A DNA stretch of 63,682 nucleotides, filler included, from Octopus bimaculoides (GCF_001194135.2; 5 parts of 5 records of this genome joined end to end with filler, not necessarily neighbours in it); one strand, 5' to 3'. Counted from the first letter of the whole stretch, positions 50,311-63,557 are shown. Notes: generated by a model from the sequence alone, not told the origin. Translations and numbers: made by a program.

Positions 50311-51043
50311 GGCACAGGAGTGGCTGTGTGGTAAGTAGCTTACTTACCAACCACATGGTTCCCGGTTCAGTCCCACTAGGGCATCTTGGGCAAGTGTCTT
50401 CTATTATAGCCTCGGGTCGACCAAGGCCTTGTGAGTGGATTTGGAAAAGGGAAACTGAAAGAAGCCCATCGTATATGTGTGTGTGTGCATGCGTGTTTGT
50501 GTGTGTGTTTGTGTGTCTGTGTTTGTCCCCCCACTATCGTTTGACAACCGATGCTGGTGTGTTTATGTGCCTGTAACTTGGTTCAGCAAAAGAGACCGAT
50601 AGAAACGAAACTATGTCACATATAGGCATAGGAGTGGCTGTGTGGTAAGTAGCTTGCTTACCAACCACATGGTTCCGGGTTCAGTCCCACTGCGTCGCAC
50701 CTTGGGCAAGCGTCTTCTACTATAGCTTTGGGCCGACCAAAGCCTTGTGAGTGGATTTGGTAGACGGAAACTGAAAGAAGCCCATCGTATATATGTATAT
50801 GTGTGTGTGTGTGTGTATATGTTTGTGTGTCTATGTTTGTCTCCCCCCAACATCACTTGACAACCGATGCTGGTGTGTTTACGTCCCCGCAACTTAGCGG
50901 TTCGACAAAAGAGCCAATAGAATAAGTACTAGGCTTACAAAGAATAAGTCCTGGGGTCGATTTGCTCGACTAAAGGTGGTGCTCCAGCATGGCCACAGTC
51001 AAATGACTGAAACAAGTAAAAGAGTAAAAGAGAGTAAAAAGAG
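50311..51043 (+). mobile_element. Two tandem SINE family 1 copies (50311-~50605 truncated; 50625-51043 full)
   Basis: Two ggca(c/t)aggagtggctgtgtggtaag heads 314 bp apart. Confidence 0.9.
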
Positions 51044-51046
51044 AAT

Positions 51047-51735
51047 ATTGTGAGTGAGTGTAGCAAGCTGGCCCAAAAGCACTACAAAAGGAGGCACAAT
51101 AATGTGACTGAGTTCATCCACTAGAGGCTATGTGTAAAGTACAGCCTGAACAGAGCACAGAAATGGTACGAACATGAACCAGGGGTCACTGAGGACAAGG
51201 AACATAAGATACTGTGGGATTTTACAATCCAATCTGACTCCCTAATTGAGGCTTGGAGACCAGATATCGTTGTGGTAGATAAAGGAAAAAGGAAACCAAG
51301 ATCATAGATATTGCAATACCTGGAAGTGCAAGCATAGCTACAAAGAACTAGGAAAGATTGAAAAGTACAGACTACTAAAAGACGAAATTGCAAGAATGTT
51401 GACTATGGGGAGAGTGTCTGTCATTCCAGTAGTTGTAGGGGCACTCGGAGCACTAACAACCAAGTTCGAGAAATATGTCAGAAATTGGAATTGACATGAG
51501 AACAGAGCAAGCTGAAAAAGCTGCTCTGCTGAGGACAGCTAGGATTTTGAGATTGGTATGTTGAATGTCTCCCACCATAATTAACAAACAAGTATCAAAG
51601 CTTATAATGTGCGGACAGAGACCCTGTGAGACCTCTGACGGCAGGCTGCTGTCCGCTCTCACAGAATCTACCAGAACAAATAAGACCAAATGTTCTGAGA
51701 AGTAAAACAGTAATAATAATAATAATAATAATAAT
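51047..51735 (+). mobile_element. R4/Dong-type non-LTR element 3' end (restriction-like endonuclease)
   Basis: CSKLAQKHYKRRHNNV..WYEHEP..ILWDFTIQSD..RPDIVVVDK..IIDIAIP..KIEKY..L..EI..VIPVVVGALG..KAALL.TARILR, ending in (TAA)n. Confidence 0.85.
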
Positions 51736-52383
51736 CCTTTCTACTGAAATTTTGTGGGAGGGAACTAGTCATTTACATCAACCCCGAAAGGATGAAAGAC
51801 AAAGTCAATCTTGGCAGCATTTGAACTCAGAATGCGCAGATAGCCGAAATGTTTCGTTCAGCGTGCTAAGGATTCTGCAAGCTCACCACCTTGATGATGA
51901 TGATGGTGGTGGTGGCGGCGGCGGCAGTGGCGGCAACGGCGGCAACGGCAGCAGCGGCGGTGGTGATGGTGATGATGATGGTGATGATGGTGATGATGAT
52001 GATGATGATGACGACGACGACGATGACGATGACGATGATGATGGTGATGGTGATGATGATGATGATAATGGGATTATCTACTAATTCATGGAAAACAAAA
52101 GTGTTCTTATTCAAATCCAATCAGGAGCTGTGTCCACTGCTTTATGAATATGAAACTTTATGGTGAGTGATAATCAGTGCAATTGAAACAGTGAAAATGT
52201 AACTCTTTATTTCAATAATATTATCTTTAAAGATAATTATCAATATTACAAAGGTCAAATTGCATGTCCCTTTGTTTGTTGATNNNNNNNNNNNNNNNNN
52301 NNNNNNNNNNNNNNNNNNNNNNNNNNNTTAATTAATTAANNNNNNNNNNNNNNNNNNNNNNNNNNNNNNNNNNNNNNNNNNNN

Positions 52384-52422
<39 letters not shown>

Positions 52423-52851
52423 GCAGACTTATGTGTGTGTATGTATGTAAACACGTATTTATGTATGTATGTATGCATGTATCACTCAAATGCAAGTTGA
52501 CATCAGTTCCAAGGTAACAGTAGTCCTATTTACTCATTGGCAACTTCGCAGCACGCTATTTGTCAAGAAATTTTGATAAGAAAAAGCGTGCAGCGAAACA
52601 ACCAGAAGCACCCAGTACATCACACAACAAGCCAGTGGCAGCATGCATAGGTATAACTTCGCTGCACAAATTATGTCTCATTCATTCAAATTTACTTATA
52701 TCGCGAAATACATACTGGTTGAGACATAAATGGTGACATGCTAACTCATTCTCAGTCACTCTGTTCTCAAATACACACACAGGTGATCACACAGACAAGT
52801 ATATCTATCTACCTATCTATCTATCTCCCCCCACACACACGATCACATATA

Positions 52852-52922
<71 letters not shown>

Positions 52923-52984
52923 TCTATTCATATATATAGGGAACAAGAAATAACGAATGGATATTGTCATACGAACTTCATTAG

Positions 52985-53288
52985 CTTACACATGTTTTCG
53001 ACTAAAAGATGCAATGGATTCATAGATGAATGTCTGAGTAACACCGTACTCAGATACTCCATGTTTGACGCTCTGATGGAACTGGAGGTTGCTACTGAGG
53101 CACACATCTATGAGTCCACTGCATTTCAAAGCGAAAACAGCTGCAAGATAATGAAGTTCATAACACGTGTTTATTCCATTGTCAATTTTTTTTTATTATC
53201 ATTATCGCTCTATACATAGCAAACTCTTTATTCAAAAATACACGTATATTGAACTCTACTCCAGGTTATTAATATCGCAATGCCTAAG

Positions 53289-53293
<5 letters not shown>
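52985..53293 (+). repeat. Long-stem-II HHR-like repeat, family B, decayed copy
   Basis: GCT-CTGATGG..gagtccactgcat..GCGAAAAC-AGCT-GCA-AGA. Shares cgcaatgccta(a/g)gcga and the motif layout with 58540-58793. Confidence 0.6.
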
Positions 53294-53319
<26 letters not shown>

Positions 53320-53552
53320 NNNNNNNNNNNNNNNNNNNNNNNNNNNNNNNNNNNNNNNNNNNNNNNNNNNNNNNNNNNNNNNNNNNNNNNNNNNNNNNNN
53401 NNNNNNNNNNNNNNNNNNNNNNNNNNNNNNNNNNNNNNNNNNNNNNNNNNNNNNNNNNNNNNNNNNNNNNNNNNNNNNNNNNNNNNNNNNNNNNNNNNNN
53501 NNNNNNNNNNNNNNNNNNNNNNNNNNNNNNNNNNNNNNNNNNNNNNNNNNNA

Positions 53553-53725
53553 TAACAACAGACGAGGACAGGTGGTGTAAATAACAAAAGTATATATTAG
53601 TATGACGCTCGGGAATACGGAAAGTTTTTGACGTTTCGAGCTACGCTCTTCAACAGAAAGAATACGGAGACAAGGAGAAAAACACGGAGAAAAAAAATTG
53701 AATAGTGTTCAGTCAACGGTCAATC
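53553..53725 (-). repeat. HHR-like short repeat, family D, copy 3
   Basis: Minus strand 53659-53627 reads TTT-CTGTTGA-A-GAGC-gta-GCTC-GAAA-CG-TC-AAA. Confidence 0.65.
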
Positions 53726-55454
53726 ATAATAATGGCCGATCATAACAATGGCTGACCGGAAGTTGGAAATTCTTAGTTCAGGAGAGCTAAGAAAGGGGGA
53801 GATAACAAACGGTGATCGGGAACGAGGGGCTGTGTGTGGGAGGTAGAATGCTGGTGAACTTGACGTATGTAGTGTGAAAATGGGGAAGGGAGAAAGTAGT
53901 TGCGATTTATTTTTTAATAGGAGATACATCATGATACCATACGGAATGTATGTATCTAATGTTGTTTATCTTATTGTAATAAAATAGATAAACCCTATTT
54001 ATTTCAAATTGAATATATATCTTTACAAATTATCCCGTTGAATTTTTGAACTAATTTCGATTTTTTTTTTTTTTTTCAGAGAGAAGATTGCCACTCTTTT
54101 GTCTTTGCCTTCGTGAAGTAATTATTTTGACATAGATCTTTATTTCAATAGGTGGATACTCTTTTTCTAGAAGTTAGATATTACTTATATAATCTGCCAC
54201 GAGAACTTCCTCTAATGTCTTTCAATTTTCTAAATATTTGAACAAATATAACTTGCACGAGATGAAATATGTTTAAGCAGCAGATGAGAGAATCCTAGCT
54301 GTTATGATGAAAATCGCGTGTAAATATTCGAATAAGCACAACTTGTAAGAAAAATGTTTTTTTTTATTGATGACTAAATGCATCAAATATTACACGCTAC
54401 TACGTATTTTACAAGATGTATTCAGTGATTTTCGGTAAAGAACTAACATCTAATCAAATCGATCTAGCCTGACGCGATAAGATGTTTAGGTATTTAATGC
54501 ATTACCGACTGCATAGAATGACAAATGAACAACGGCAGTATCTTTGGCAGTGCTGGTTAAATGGCGGATCTCTTGAACTGTAATATATTGCACATATATA
54601 TTTCTGCTTAGGGGAATCAGTAGCTTTATCATATATTTGAAATATTAATATTTCATAATATATTGTATGTGGTGTTAAGTCACATGTCTTGCACTTTAAC
54701 ATTAATATTTCAGCTATTTCAAATAATATATAACATTACAAACGACAATAATCTGCATTCGTACATTTGTTTCTAAAAAGAAAAGCGAAACAATTAAAAA
54801 TAACATTAAAATCATGGATAAATTAATGATATTATATTGATTTTGACAAGAAATTCTTTGAATTATATTGGTAACAAAACAAAAACTAAGTTCTAAAATT
54901 CTTGATAAAAAATCATTCTAATACATTTTTGCCTTATATCTTATATAAACTCTAATTGAGTGCCTAACACTTGTTATTTTTTGTTCAATTCGACGCCATG
55001 TTCGAATTTTGCTGAGGCGTTAATTACATTTTCGACAACATTCCTGATGATTTCACATGATTAAAGGCTGTTAAATAGACTAAATCAGATTGATTAATCG
55101 ACATACTTTTGGAAGTGCAGTTTTTCTACAAATATATTTATTTCTCTATAATTTCCGACAATATAAAATGTGAATGTAATATATGTTTCAAGAATTTGAT
55201 GGTAAAATTGCCCGGTGTAGAGTTTATGAAGAAATATTATCGGAGATCAATATCTTTCATTAATAGATATTATTCTTGGGAAAACAGGAGAACATGCATA
55301 AATGAATAACTCTAGTTCTCAATAGATACATGTTTATGAAAACGAATTAAAGATTTTCATTTTATCAATCGAATATCGGGAGAATAAGAGAATGTGCAGT
55401 TGTCACACATTCACAGGCACATATAAATACGTTGTTTTTATCTGTATATATATT

Positions 55455-55492
<38 letters not shown>

Positions 55493-56875
55493 GTGTGTGT
55501 ATATATGTATGCATGCATGCATGTATGTGTGTATGTATGTAGGTAGGTAGGTAGGTAGGTAGGTAGGTAGGTAGGTAGGTAGGTAGGTAGGTAGTTATAT
55601 GCGTGTGTGCGCTTGTGTGTGTTTGCCTGAGACAGTGAGTGTCTGTCTTTGTGTATTGCAGCCCTAGATTTTTAAAATGTTCGTTATTAATTTATACACC
55701 AGTGATGTGAAAAAAAAAAACACTTCAGGTTTATATATGCATGTTTATTAGATTCTATAAATACTCCAGCTTTGTGATTTATTCTGTAAAATAAAAGTTT
55801 AATCGCTTGTGACTGAAAACTTTTGAAAAACTAAAAGAGTGGACGTACAAGTGCATATCTTAAATAATTTAAGCCAGTGTCGTTCCATAATTCTTTTCTC
55901 TTAATCTGCAATGAAGCTGATCGATTTACATCTAATAGAAACAAACCATCGGTTGCATGTCGGAATTTTATGGTAATAGATATGTATTAGTGGGCGTTTC
56001 AAAAAAAAAAAAAAACGCCGTTCTGTGGATTCACTGTGCTGAATATTTTAGCTTTTAATTATTTATTGAGCATTTTATGGAAAATTCCAAATGTTTAGAC
56101 GAATGACGTTATGCTGTAATGGACACATGTTAAACAATCAATCGGTTGTTTGTTCATCAAAGTTCTTTCATCGTTGTTCGCGAACTTTTCAGTAACTTGT
56201 CTCTGTTAACGTATATGTGTATCTATGACTGCATATGTATATATGCACGTGTGTATACACGCACAAATACACACACACACGTATACGTATACATGTATGT
56301 GTGATTAGCAAGATACACGTCTTACACATATACAGACGTGTATATACATAAATACATACATTTGTGCGTGTATTTACATATATACGTACCTATATATATA
56401 TACATATATATATGTATATATATATATATNNNNNNNNNNNNNNNNNNNNNNNNNNNNNNNNNNNNNNNNNNNNNNNNNNNNNNNNNNNNNNNNNNNNNNN
56501 NNNNNNNNNNNNNNNNNNNNNNNNNNNNNNNNNNNNNNNNNNNNNNNNNNNNNNNNNNNNNNNNNNNNNNNNNNNNNNNNNNNNNNNNNNNNNNNNNNNN
56601 NNNNNNNNNNNNNNNNNNNNNNNNNNNNNNNNNNNNNNNNNNNNNNNNNNNNNNNNNNNNNNNNNNNNNNNNNNNNNNNNNNNNNNNNNNNNNNNNNNNN
56701 NNNNNNNNNNNNNNNNNNNNNNNNNNNNNNNNNNNNNNNNNNNNNNNNNNNNNNNNNNNNNNNNNNNNNNNNNNNNNNNNNNNNNNNNNNNNNNNNNNNN
56801 NNNNNNNNNNNNNNNNNNNNNNNNNNNNNNNNNNNNNNNNNNNNNNNNNNNNNNNNNNNNNNNNNNNNNNNNNNN

Positions 56876-57250
56876 TGTCATGCAGGTCTCTCAAATGTTT
56901 TGGCAGCGCATTGAAGAGCTGAGGTCCTCTGAAACCGAGGCTGCTGCAGTATCTCGTTCTTATGTGAGATGCAGTGGACGGCACCTTTGGCACCATGCAG
57001 TGGTGACGCGTGCGGGCATTCCTGTAGTACTTGATGCCAAAGTTCGGCACCAGTCCTTCCAGTATTTTCCATATGTATATTATTACATATCTCTCCCGTC
57101 TGCGTTCCAGGGAGTAGTGACCTAGTGCCTGCAGTCGCTCCCTGTAGTTCATCTGCTGGACTGTGGCGATCTTTTTTGTATAGTGCCTCTGAATTGCCTC
57201 GAGTTCTTCTGTCCGTTTGACAGTGTGGTGACCACAACTGAGAGCAATAT
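56876..57250 (-). mobile_element. CR1/L2-group LINE C-terminal fragment
   Basis: YCSQLWSP then MNYRERLQALGHYSLERRRERYVIIYIWKILEGLVPNFG..GPQLFNALPKHLRDL. Confidence 0.88.
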
Positions 57251-57287
57251 ATACACATATATATACATGTATGCATGTCTATGTATA

Positions 57288-57550
57288 TCTATATATATAA
57301 AAATGAGAATATGTGTCTATCTGTCTGTCTGTCTGTGTGTGTGTGCGTGTGTGTGTGTGTGAATCCCTAAAACTCGAGAACTACGCAACCAATTTCATTC
57401 AAATTTTACAGATGCCTCACTTAGGGCTTCAGTTGTGTTTTAGTCAAAACAAGTTTTAACTTCTTGCAGAGTTCGAGCCCACGGCAACATAATATCTCCT
57501 CTACTATTTAAGTATTACGTGTCAAAAGTGAAACAAAAACACTCATGTCA
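57288..57550 (+). mobile_element. Helitron-like non-autonomous repeat, 5' part, copy 2
   Basis: Starts A|TCTATATATATAAAAATGAG (5' TC after A). Homologous to 45556-45801. Confidence 0.5.
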
Positions 57551-57758
57551 AATACTTTCACTTTAAAAATGAAACTATTCCACTAACGGAAACAGTCACA
57601 TTTCGATATTGTAATGACAGATACTTTCAGAGAGAGAGAAAGAGAGAAAGCGAGAGAGNNNNNNNNNNNNNNNNNNNNNNNNNNNNNNNNNNNNNNNNNN
57701 NNTTAATTAATTAANNNNNNNNNNNNNNNNNNNNNNNNNNNNNNNNNNNNNNNNNNNN

Positions 57759-57794
<36 letters not shown>

Positions 57795-57933
57795 GTCAAC
57801 TAAATGTGACTAAGGAAGTCAAGACAACTATATTGCTAGAAATAAGAGCTAAAATCCTCCAATGCTGTTACAATGCACGTAACATATACACTAATAGGGG
57901 CTGCAAACACCTCGAGCTCTGAACCGAAAATTC

Positions 57934-57983
57934 TTTAGACTGACCGCTCACTTTTGGCTATTTTCATAGCCATCGTCAGTAGG
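57934..57983 (-). ncRNA. Mutated hammerhead partner (family C, left arm)
   Basis: CCTA-CTGACGA-T-GGCTA-tgaaaa-TAGCC-AAAA-GTGAG-CG-GTCAG-TC-TAAA. G12 is lost and stem III is mismatched. Confidence 0.6.
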
Positions 57984-57998
57984 GCCAGCTCGGACCAG

Positions 57999-58048
57999 CT
58001 TACTGACGATGGCTACGGAAATATCCGAAACTGACCAGTCAGTCTAGG
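57999..58048 (+). ncRNA. Type I hammerhead ribozyme with canonical core (family C)
   Basis: CTTA-CTGACGA-T-GGCTA-cggaaa-TATCC-GAAA-CTGAC-ca-GTCAG-TC-TAGG, with predicted cleavage after C58044. Confidence 0.75.
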
Positions 58049-58582
58049 AAATACTCGGTCCGGTGTTCGGAGCGATTGAAGCCCCCTCGCAGAGTTATAT
58101 TTTATGTGCATTATAACAGCATTGGAGGATTTTACCTCTTATATCCAGCAATGTAGCTGTCTTGACTCTTTTAGTCACGTTTAGTTGACGACTATAATTC
58201 TTCTTTACTGTCTAACATTGCAACTGGCTGTTTTTATTAATACACGCACACACACACACATATATGTATGTATGCATGTGTATATATATATATATATATA
58301 TATTTANNNNNNNNNNACACACACACACATATATGTATGTATGCATGTGTATATATATATATATATATATATTTATATTATATTATTTTGTATTATGTTT
58401 TATATTAATGATGAGTGCGTGCCTGCGTGTATATATGCATATATTTTTTCCACTTGTAAATTTGATTGCCTTTTGGACCTGTATTTTTTTTCTATACATC
58501 AATACTGACCTTCTCACTGCTAAACCCTTCCCTGCACAAATAAAATTCTTTTTTTCTCAAAGAAATTACATTTCACATTCGA

Positions 58583-58663
58583 GGCTCCGATGAAGCTATT
58601 GGATGCTCATCAGGCACTCAACCAGGAGTCCACTGCATCTTATGGCAGAAACAGCTGTAAGCT
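58583..58663 (+). ncRNA. Long-stem-II hammerhead-like motif (family B, best copy)
   Basis: GGCT-CCGATGA-A-GCTAT..GGATGC....GCATCT..ATGGC-A-GAAA-C-agct-G-TA-AGCT, with a U4C change in the core. Confidence 0.6.
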
Positions 58664-59345
58664 AATGGAATTCATAGCATAACCATCGCTTTCCTTTGGC
58701 ATCTCTTTTTATTTTTGCTGCTCTTTTCTCGTCCAACACATATGCATATTGGGTTCTACAATAGGTTCTTAGTTCCGCAATGCCTAGGCGAATATGTGTG
58801 TGTGCGTGTATGTATGTGTTTATGCATGTACGTATACTTATATATATATGTACATGTTTATATCTATATAATATGTAGTTATCTTTGTAACTAGGCTTAC
58901 AAAGAGTGCGTCCCGAGGTTGGTTTCTTAGACTAAAACCATTTAAGGCCGTGTTCCAGCATGGCTACAGTCAAATGACTGATACAGTAAAAGAATATATA
59001 TATGTGTGTGTATGTATGTATATGTGTGTGTGTGTTTGTTTTCATTTTACACACAAATATTCGAACATAAATTTAAAGGTTAGTCAATACGTTTAAGTAG
59101 CGTACCAAATCTATTCTACAAGGAAATGTTTGATCTTACCAGCCGTCAAAATCTTACGACGTCTATTAGGCTAACTGTAAGGTATTATTCAGGTACTCAG
59201 TTATGAGTCCACTACATCCCATAGCAGAAACAGCAGTAAGACAATGAAGTTCATAAGTTATTCACTTATTCCTTTGTCATCTCATTTTCTTACACACACA
59301 CACACACACATATATGTGTGTGTATATATATATATATATATATGC

Positions 59346-59417
<72 letters not shown>

Positions 59418-59544
59418 GCGTTTGATTTGTGTATTTTGCAACAGGTTTGCTGGTTTCAGCCCAAAGTTTTTGCCATGCTGGGACAACAGCCATTAGTGTT
59501 AATACTTGCTAAATTTTATTATCAATTAACGGCTCTATCTCCGG

Positions 59545-59869
59545 AATCGGTCCTGGTAAAATAGTGAGTTGATCAAAGCTGCCCTTCTTCGCGTTTCTTT
59601 CTGCGCTGTTGGTTCCTCAGGTGTCTCTGATAAAAATTTGTCTAAATGTTCTTCGCACACATCCATGTCCACTCTTTCTAGATCTTTGTGGCCTTCTAGC
59701 AAGGTACTGAAATCGAGTCAACCTTTGATCTCTTAGCTGTACAGGATTGGGCCCTTACTCTGGACAGAGAAGGCAGTTTCTTTGACTCTATGCAGTGGCG
59801 TCCAGTTCGGTGATTGGCATAGCTTTCAATAACCAAAGTTGGGTGCTAGACAATGATTTTCCATTTGTG

Positions 59870-59902
<33 letters not shown>

Positions 59903-60330
59903 TCATTATCCTTTAGCAAGAATAGTTTTTTCACATTGTATTCGAAGTTTCGGTTCTCTAGACCATCTTCGGACTGCCAATACAATTCTTGTTAAAGAAT
60001 TATAAATTTGTGCTCTACAAAGATATGGAGTCACCCTTCAGATGAATGTAAAATTATTTTTCTTAAATCTTAACGTTGAATAAAATTTATATATATATAT
60101 ATATATACATATATATATAAACACCTATATATATATATATATACACACATCTACACGCATGCACACGCACACACTGCGTATCTTTCACGTCTCCCCCAGT
60201 TCTTTTAGCCTCTTCCTGTAACTCATTTGTTGCACTGAGTCAATTTTCTTGGTAAAGTAGCGTTGGGATGCCTCAACTGCTCATTTGACGCTCTTTGCTG
60301 ACCATAATTCGGAGCAGTAAATCCAGGCGA
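59545..60330 (-). mobile_element. CR1/L2-group LINE 3' region, interrupted by microsatellite-rich DNA at ~59860-60185
   Basis: YCSELWS..SQRYFTKKIDSVQQMSYRKRLKELG, then WKI..PNFG..RTGRHC..GPILYS..HLDKFLSETPEEP..RRRAALINSL. Same family as 56876-57250. Confidence 0.8.
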
Positions 60331-60703
60331 ATATATATATATAGTTACATATATTTACTTATACACACACTCACACATATACGCGTGCGCGCGCGCACAC
60401 ACACACACACAGACACACACACATACACGCACGCATACTACACACACATGTATATGAGTGTAGATAGATAAAATAAATAAAGAGTTGTAGTACCGAATGA
60501 AATAAAGACTGCGCTCAGTTCCAGTAGAAGAATGCATATAAGACAACTGACGATAATCTCGGCGGCTATTCTGAATTTCTTGCCATGTTTAATCATTTAA
60601 TCTTACCTGGAGAGGTAATCTGATATTTTGAGCAGTGATAGAAGGAATCAAATTACTCTCCAGTTTTTACTCATCTTTTATGTGTATGTTTTTTGTGCGT
60701 ATT

Positions 60704-60736
<33 letters not shown>

Positions 60737-61652
60737 GCGTATGTATGTATGTATGTATGTATGTTATGTATTGAAGTTGAGATAATGAGAGATTGTGTGT
60801 GAAAAAGTGATAGACAAACATTTTAACTGTCAGATAATATTTGCAATTAGGCCCATTATTTTTAATTAACGTTGACAATCAGCGTTAATTACTTTCAAAT
60901 CAATATTATAGAATATCCTCAAATAATCTGGAACTTCTCACATGTTTTCTGTAGAGAAAATGTGTTAGTAGATGTTATTAATAAATTTATTATAATTTAT
61001 TATTATTTATTTTAGAGAAACGATAAAGATCGTGTACATGTATGTTAAGTATGTCTTGGTTTGCCTTTGCAAAATTTATTTAAATCTTTATCAGGTAAAA
61101 TATTTTTACTACATTTTAGAAATATTTGAGAAATGGAATATATTATTTATATGAGATGTGTTATTTTTACAATATAAAATTCATTTTAAGCATATAACTT
61201 AATATTTTAAATATATGATATTTATTTCAAATCCATAAGTTTTATTTGGACTGTAATAAATATAATATTTTAACTTTTTAAAATACATTTTTTGGTCATG
61301 TGAAATATATTTCATCTATGATATATAACGTTGCGTATATATAATTACATCATAATATATAATATTGTAACTATACAAACAGTTTTAAATATATGCTGTT
61401 AAACATATTTCAAATATATTTTTAAAATAATCATTTCAACTACACAAATTTTATTTTAACTTCATAACATTCTATCTAGAGAAAATACATTTTAAGCATA
61501 TAGAATATATTCTAATCCATCAAATGTATATCTATGTGCGTGTATATATATACATGCATATATGTGTGTTGTATGTGTGTATGTATATAGATATATAGTT
61601 AGATTTACATACACACATATCTGTGCGTGTATATATATATATATATATTTAC

Positions 61653-61733
<81 letters not shown>

Positions 61734-62002
61734 TATAAAGTACACATTACATAATATTAACTGAATGGAATATAATATTTTAGCTGCAACAAAGATGGTA
61801 TTTAATCTATATGAGATATATTTTTCAGTTAAATTAATTATTTTAATACAAATTTTAACGATGTCCAATATATTTTAACTACTGTCTTACTTGTCGCTAT
61901 CGTTGCTGTGGCTATGCTGTGATATATAATATTATATTATATTATACAATATAATACAATACAATATAATATAGTATATAATATATTTTAACTGTTTAAT
62001 AC

Positions 62003-62086
62003 ATAATGTTTTATCTATGTTGGATTTCGTATTGGAACTTTCGGAGTTGTAGTTTTTAGTAGAAGAATGAGGATAAGTCTGACATA
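62003..62086 (-). CDS. Candidate symmetric phase-1 exon, Ser/Thr/Asn-rich
   Basis: Strong acceptor catttacttgtttctttttcag, 84 bp open in phase 1 (CQTYPHSSTKNYNSESSNTKSNIDKTL), GTATTA donor. No homology recognised. Confidence 0.25.
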
Positions 62087-63030
62087 CTGAAAAAGAAACA
62101 AGTAAATGTAGTGTTGTTCTGAATCAGTTAAAAATGGCACGAAATGTTATTATTTAAGAGTAACAAATACATTTCAACATTATGAATATGAAATTTAATA
62201 TTTTAACATAATACTACCAGTATTCTCTCTCTTACATTTTGTTTATTAAATAAAGATATCTGATGATATATGAAATATTATATGTAGAATGATGTCAAAT
62301 TGATCTTCCATTTATATCAAACATAATATCCTATGTATATCAAATATCTTTACGTCTATATCACGATTGAAATTTCTTAAATATGATTCCATATTCTTAC
62401 CATAAAAAATAGAAAACTTCATCACATTCGACTCTCGTATGGAATAAATATTCTATGTTTATAGATATATTCAAAGTATTTAAAGAATATATTATATATA
62501 TATATGTATATATGTATATATATANNNNNNNNNNNNNNNNNNNNNNNNNNNNNNNNNNNNNNNNNNNNTTAATTAATTAANNNNNNNNNNNNNNNNNNNN
62601 NNNNNNNNNNNNNNNNNNNNNNNNATACAAACATGCATACAGACATATATATACATGCATACAGACATATACTTACACATGTATACATACAGGCATAAAT
62701 ACATGTATACATATACATACATGCATACATACATATAATCCTTGTGTTAAAAACACAACTCCACCATGTGATATCTTGATAGATAGAGGGATAGATAGAT
62801 AATACATAAATATGAGTCTAGACTCATGAGTCTAGATACATAAATATGAGTGTATTCTCATATTTATGTAAGTCAAAAGCTATAGTATAACATCTACGAC
62901 TGTGTAGAACCACACACAACACACACACTTACACACACACAAGCACACACACGCACACATACACACTCTCATACGTAGATAAACATTCATATTTGTCTAC
63001 TTCTTTCTCCATTCCCACACAACGCACATG

Positions 63031-63061
<31 letters not shown>

Positions 63062-63370
63062 ACACTCATAAACACATTTATGTACTTCTGTATTCATACA
63101 TTGGCTTAGTATGTGTGTGGATGCGGAAGTGTATTATAATTATTATCATCCCTATTGCCTGTGTGTGTGTGAGTGAGTGTGTGTGTGTGCGTGTGATAAA
63201 AAGCAGCACCACTAATCATTTCAGTCATTATGGTAGTATCACGTTGAAGTGTGAACATCTTGTGTTCTATGAAAGCAGGATTTACATCAGAACAGGATAC
63301 ATTCATGTATATGTCTATGTACAAGCAAAGTAAATATGGATATATCTGCTTAATTTTTAAAAATTTAACG

Positions 63371-63455
<85 letters not shown>

Positions 63456-63504
63456 ATCTATCTTTCTATCTATCTGTCTGTCTATCTATCTATCTATCTA
63501 TCTA

Positions 63505-63557
<53 letters not shown>

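Larger units (their letters stand above)
57788..58196. repeat. ~410-bp imperfect fold-back carrying two head-to-head HHR motifs
   Basis: Ends tatagtcgtcaactaaa / tttagttgacgactata. The arms are diverged reverse complements around a ~15-nt centre. Confidence 0.9.

Noticed and set aside
51866-52166. Poly-Asp/Gly/Met/Ile ORFs in three frames
   Set aside because: Compound GAT/GGT/GGC/GAC trinucleotide repeat next to a SINE. It is open in several frames only because the repeat lacks stops.
60545-60580. gacaaCTGACGA box, and a similar CTGATGA..GAAA at ~62260
   Set aside because: No consistent stems; expected by chance in AT-rich DNA.
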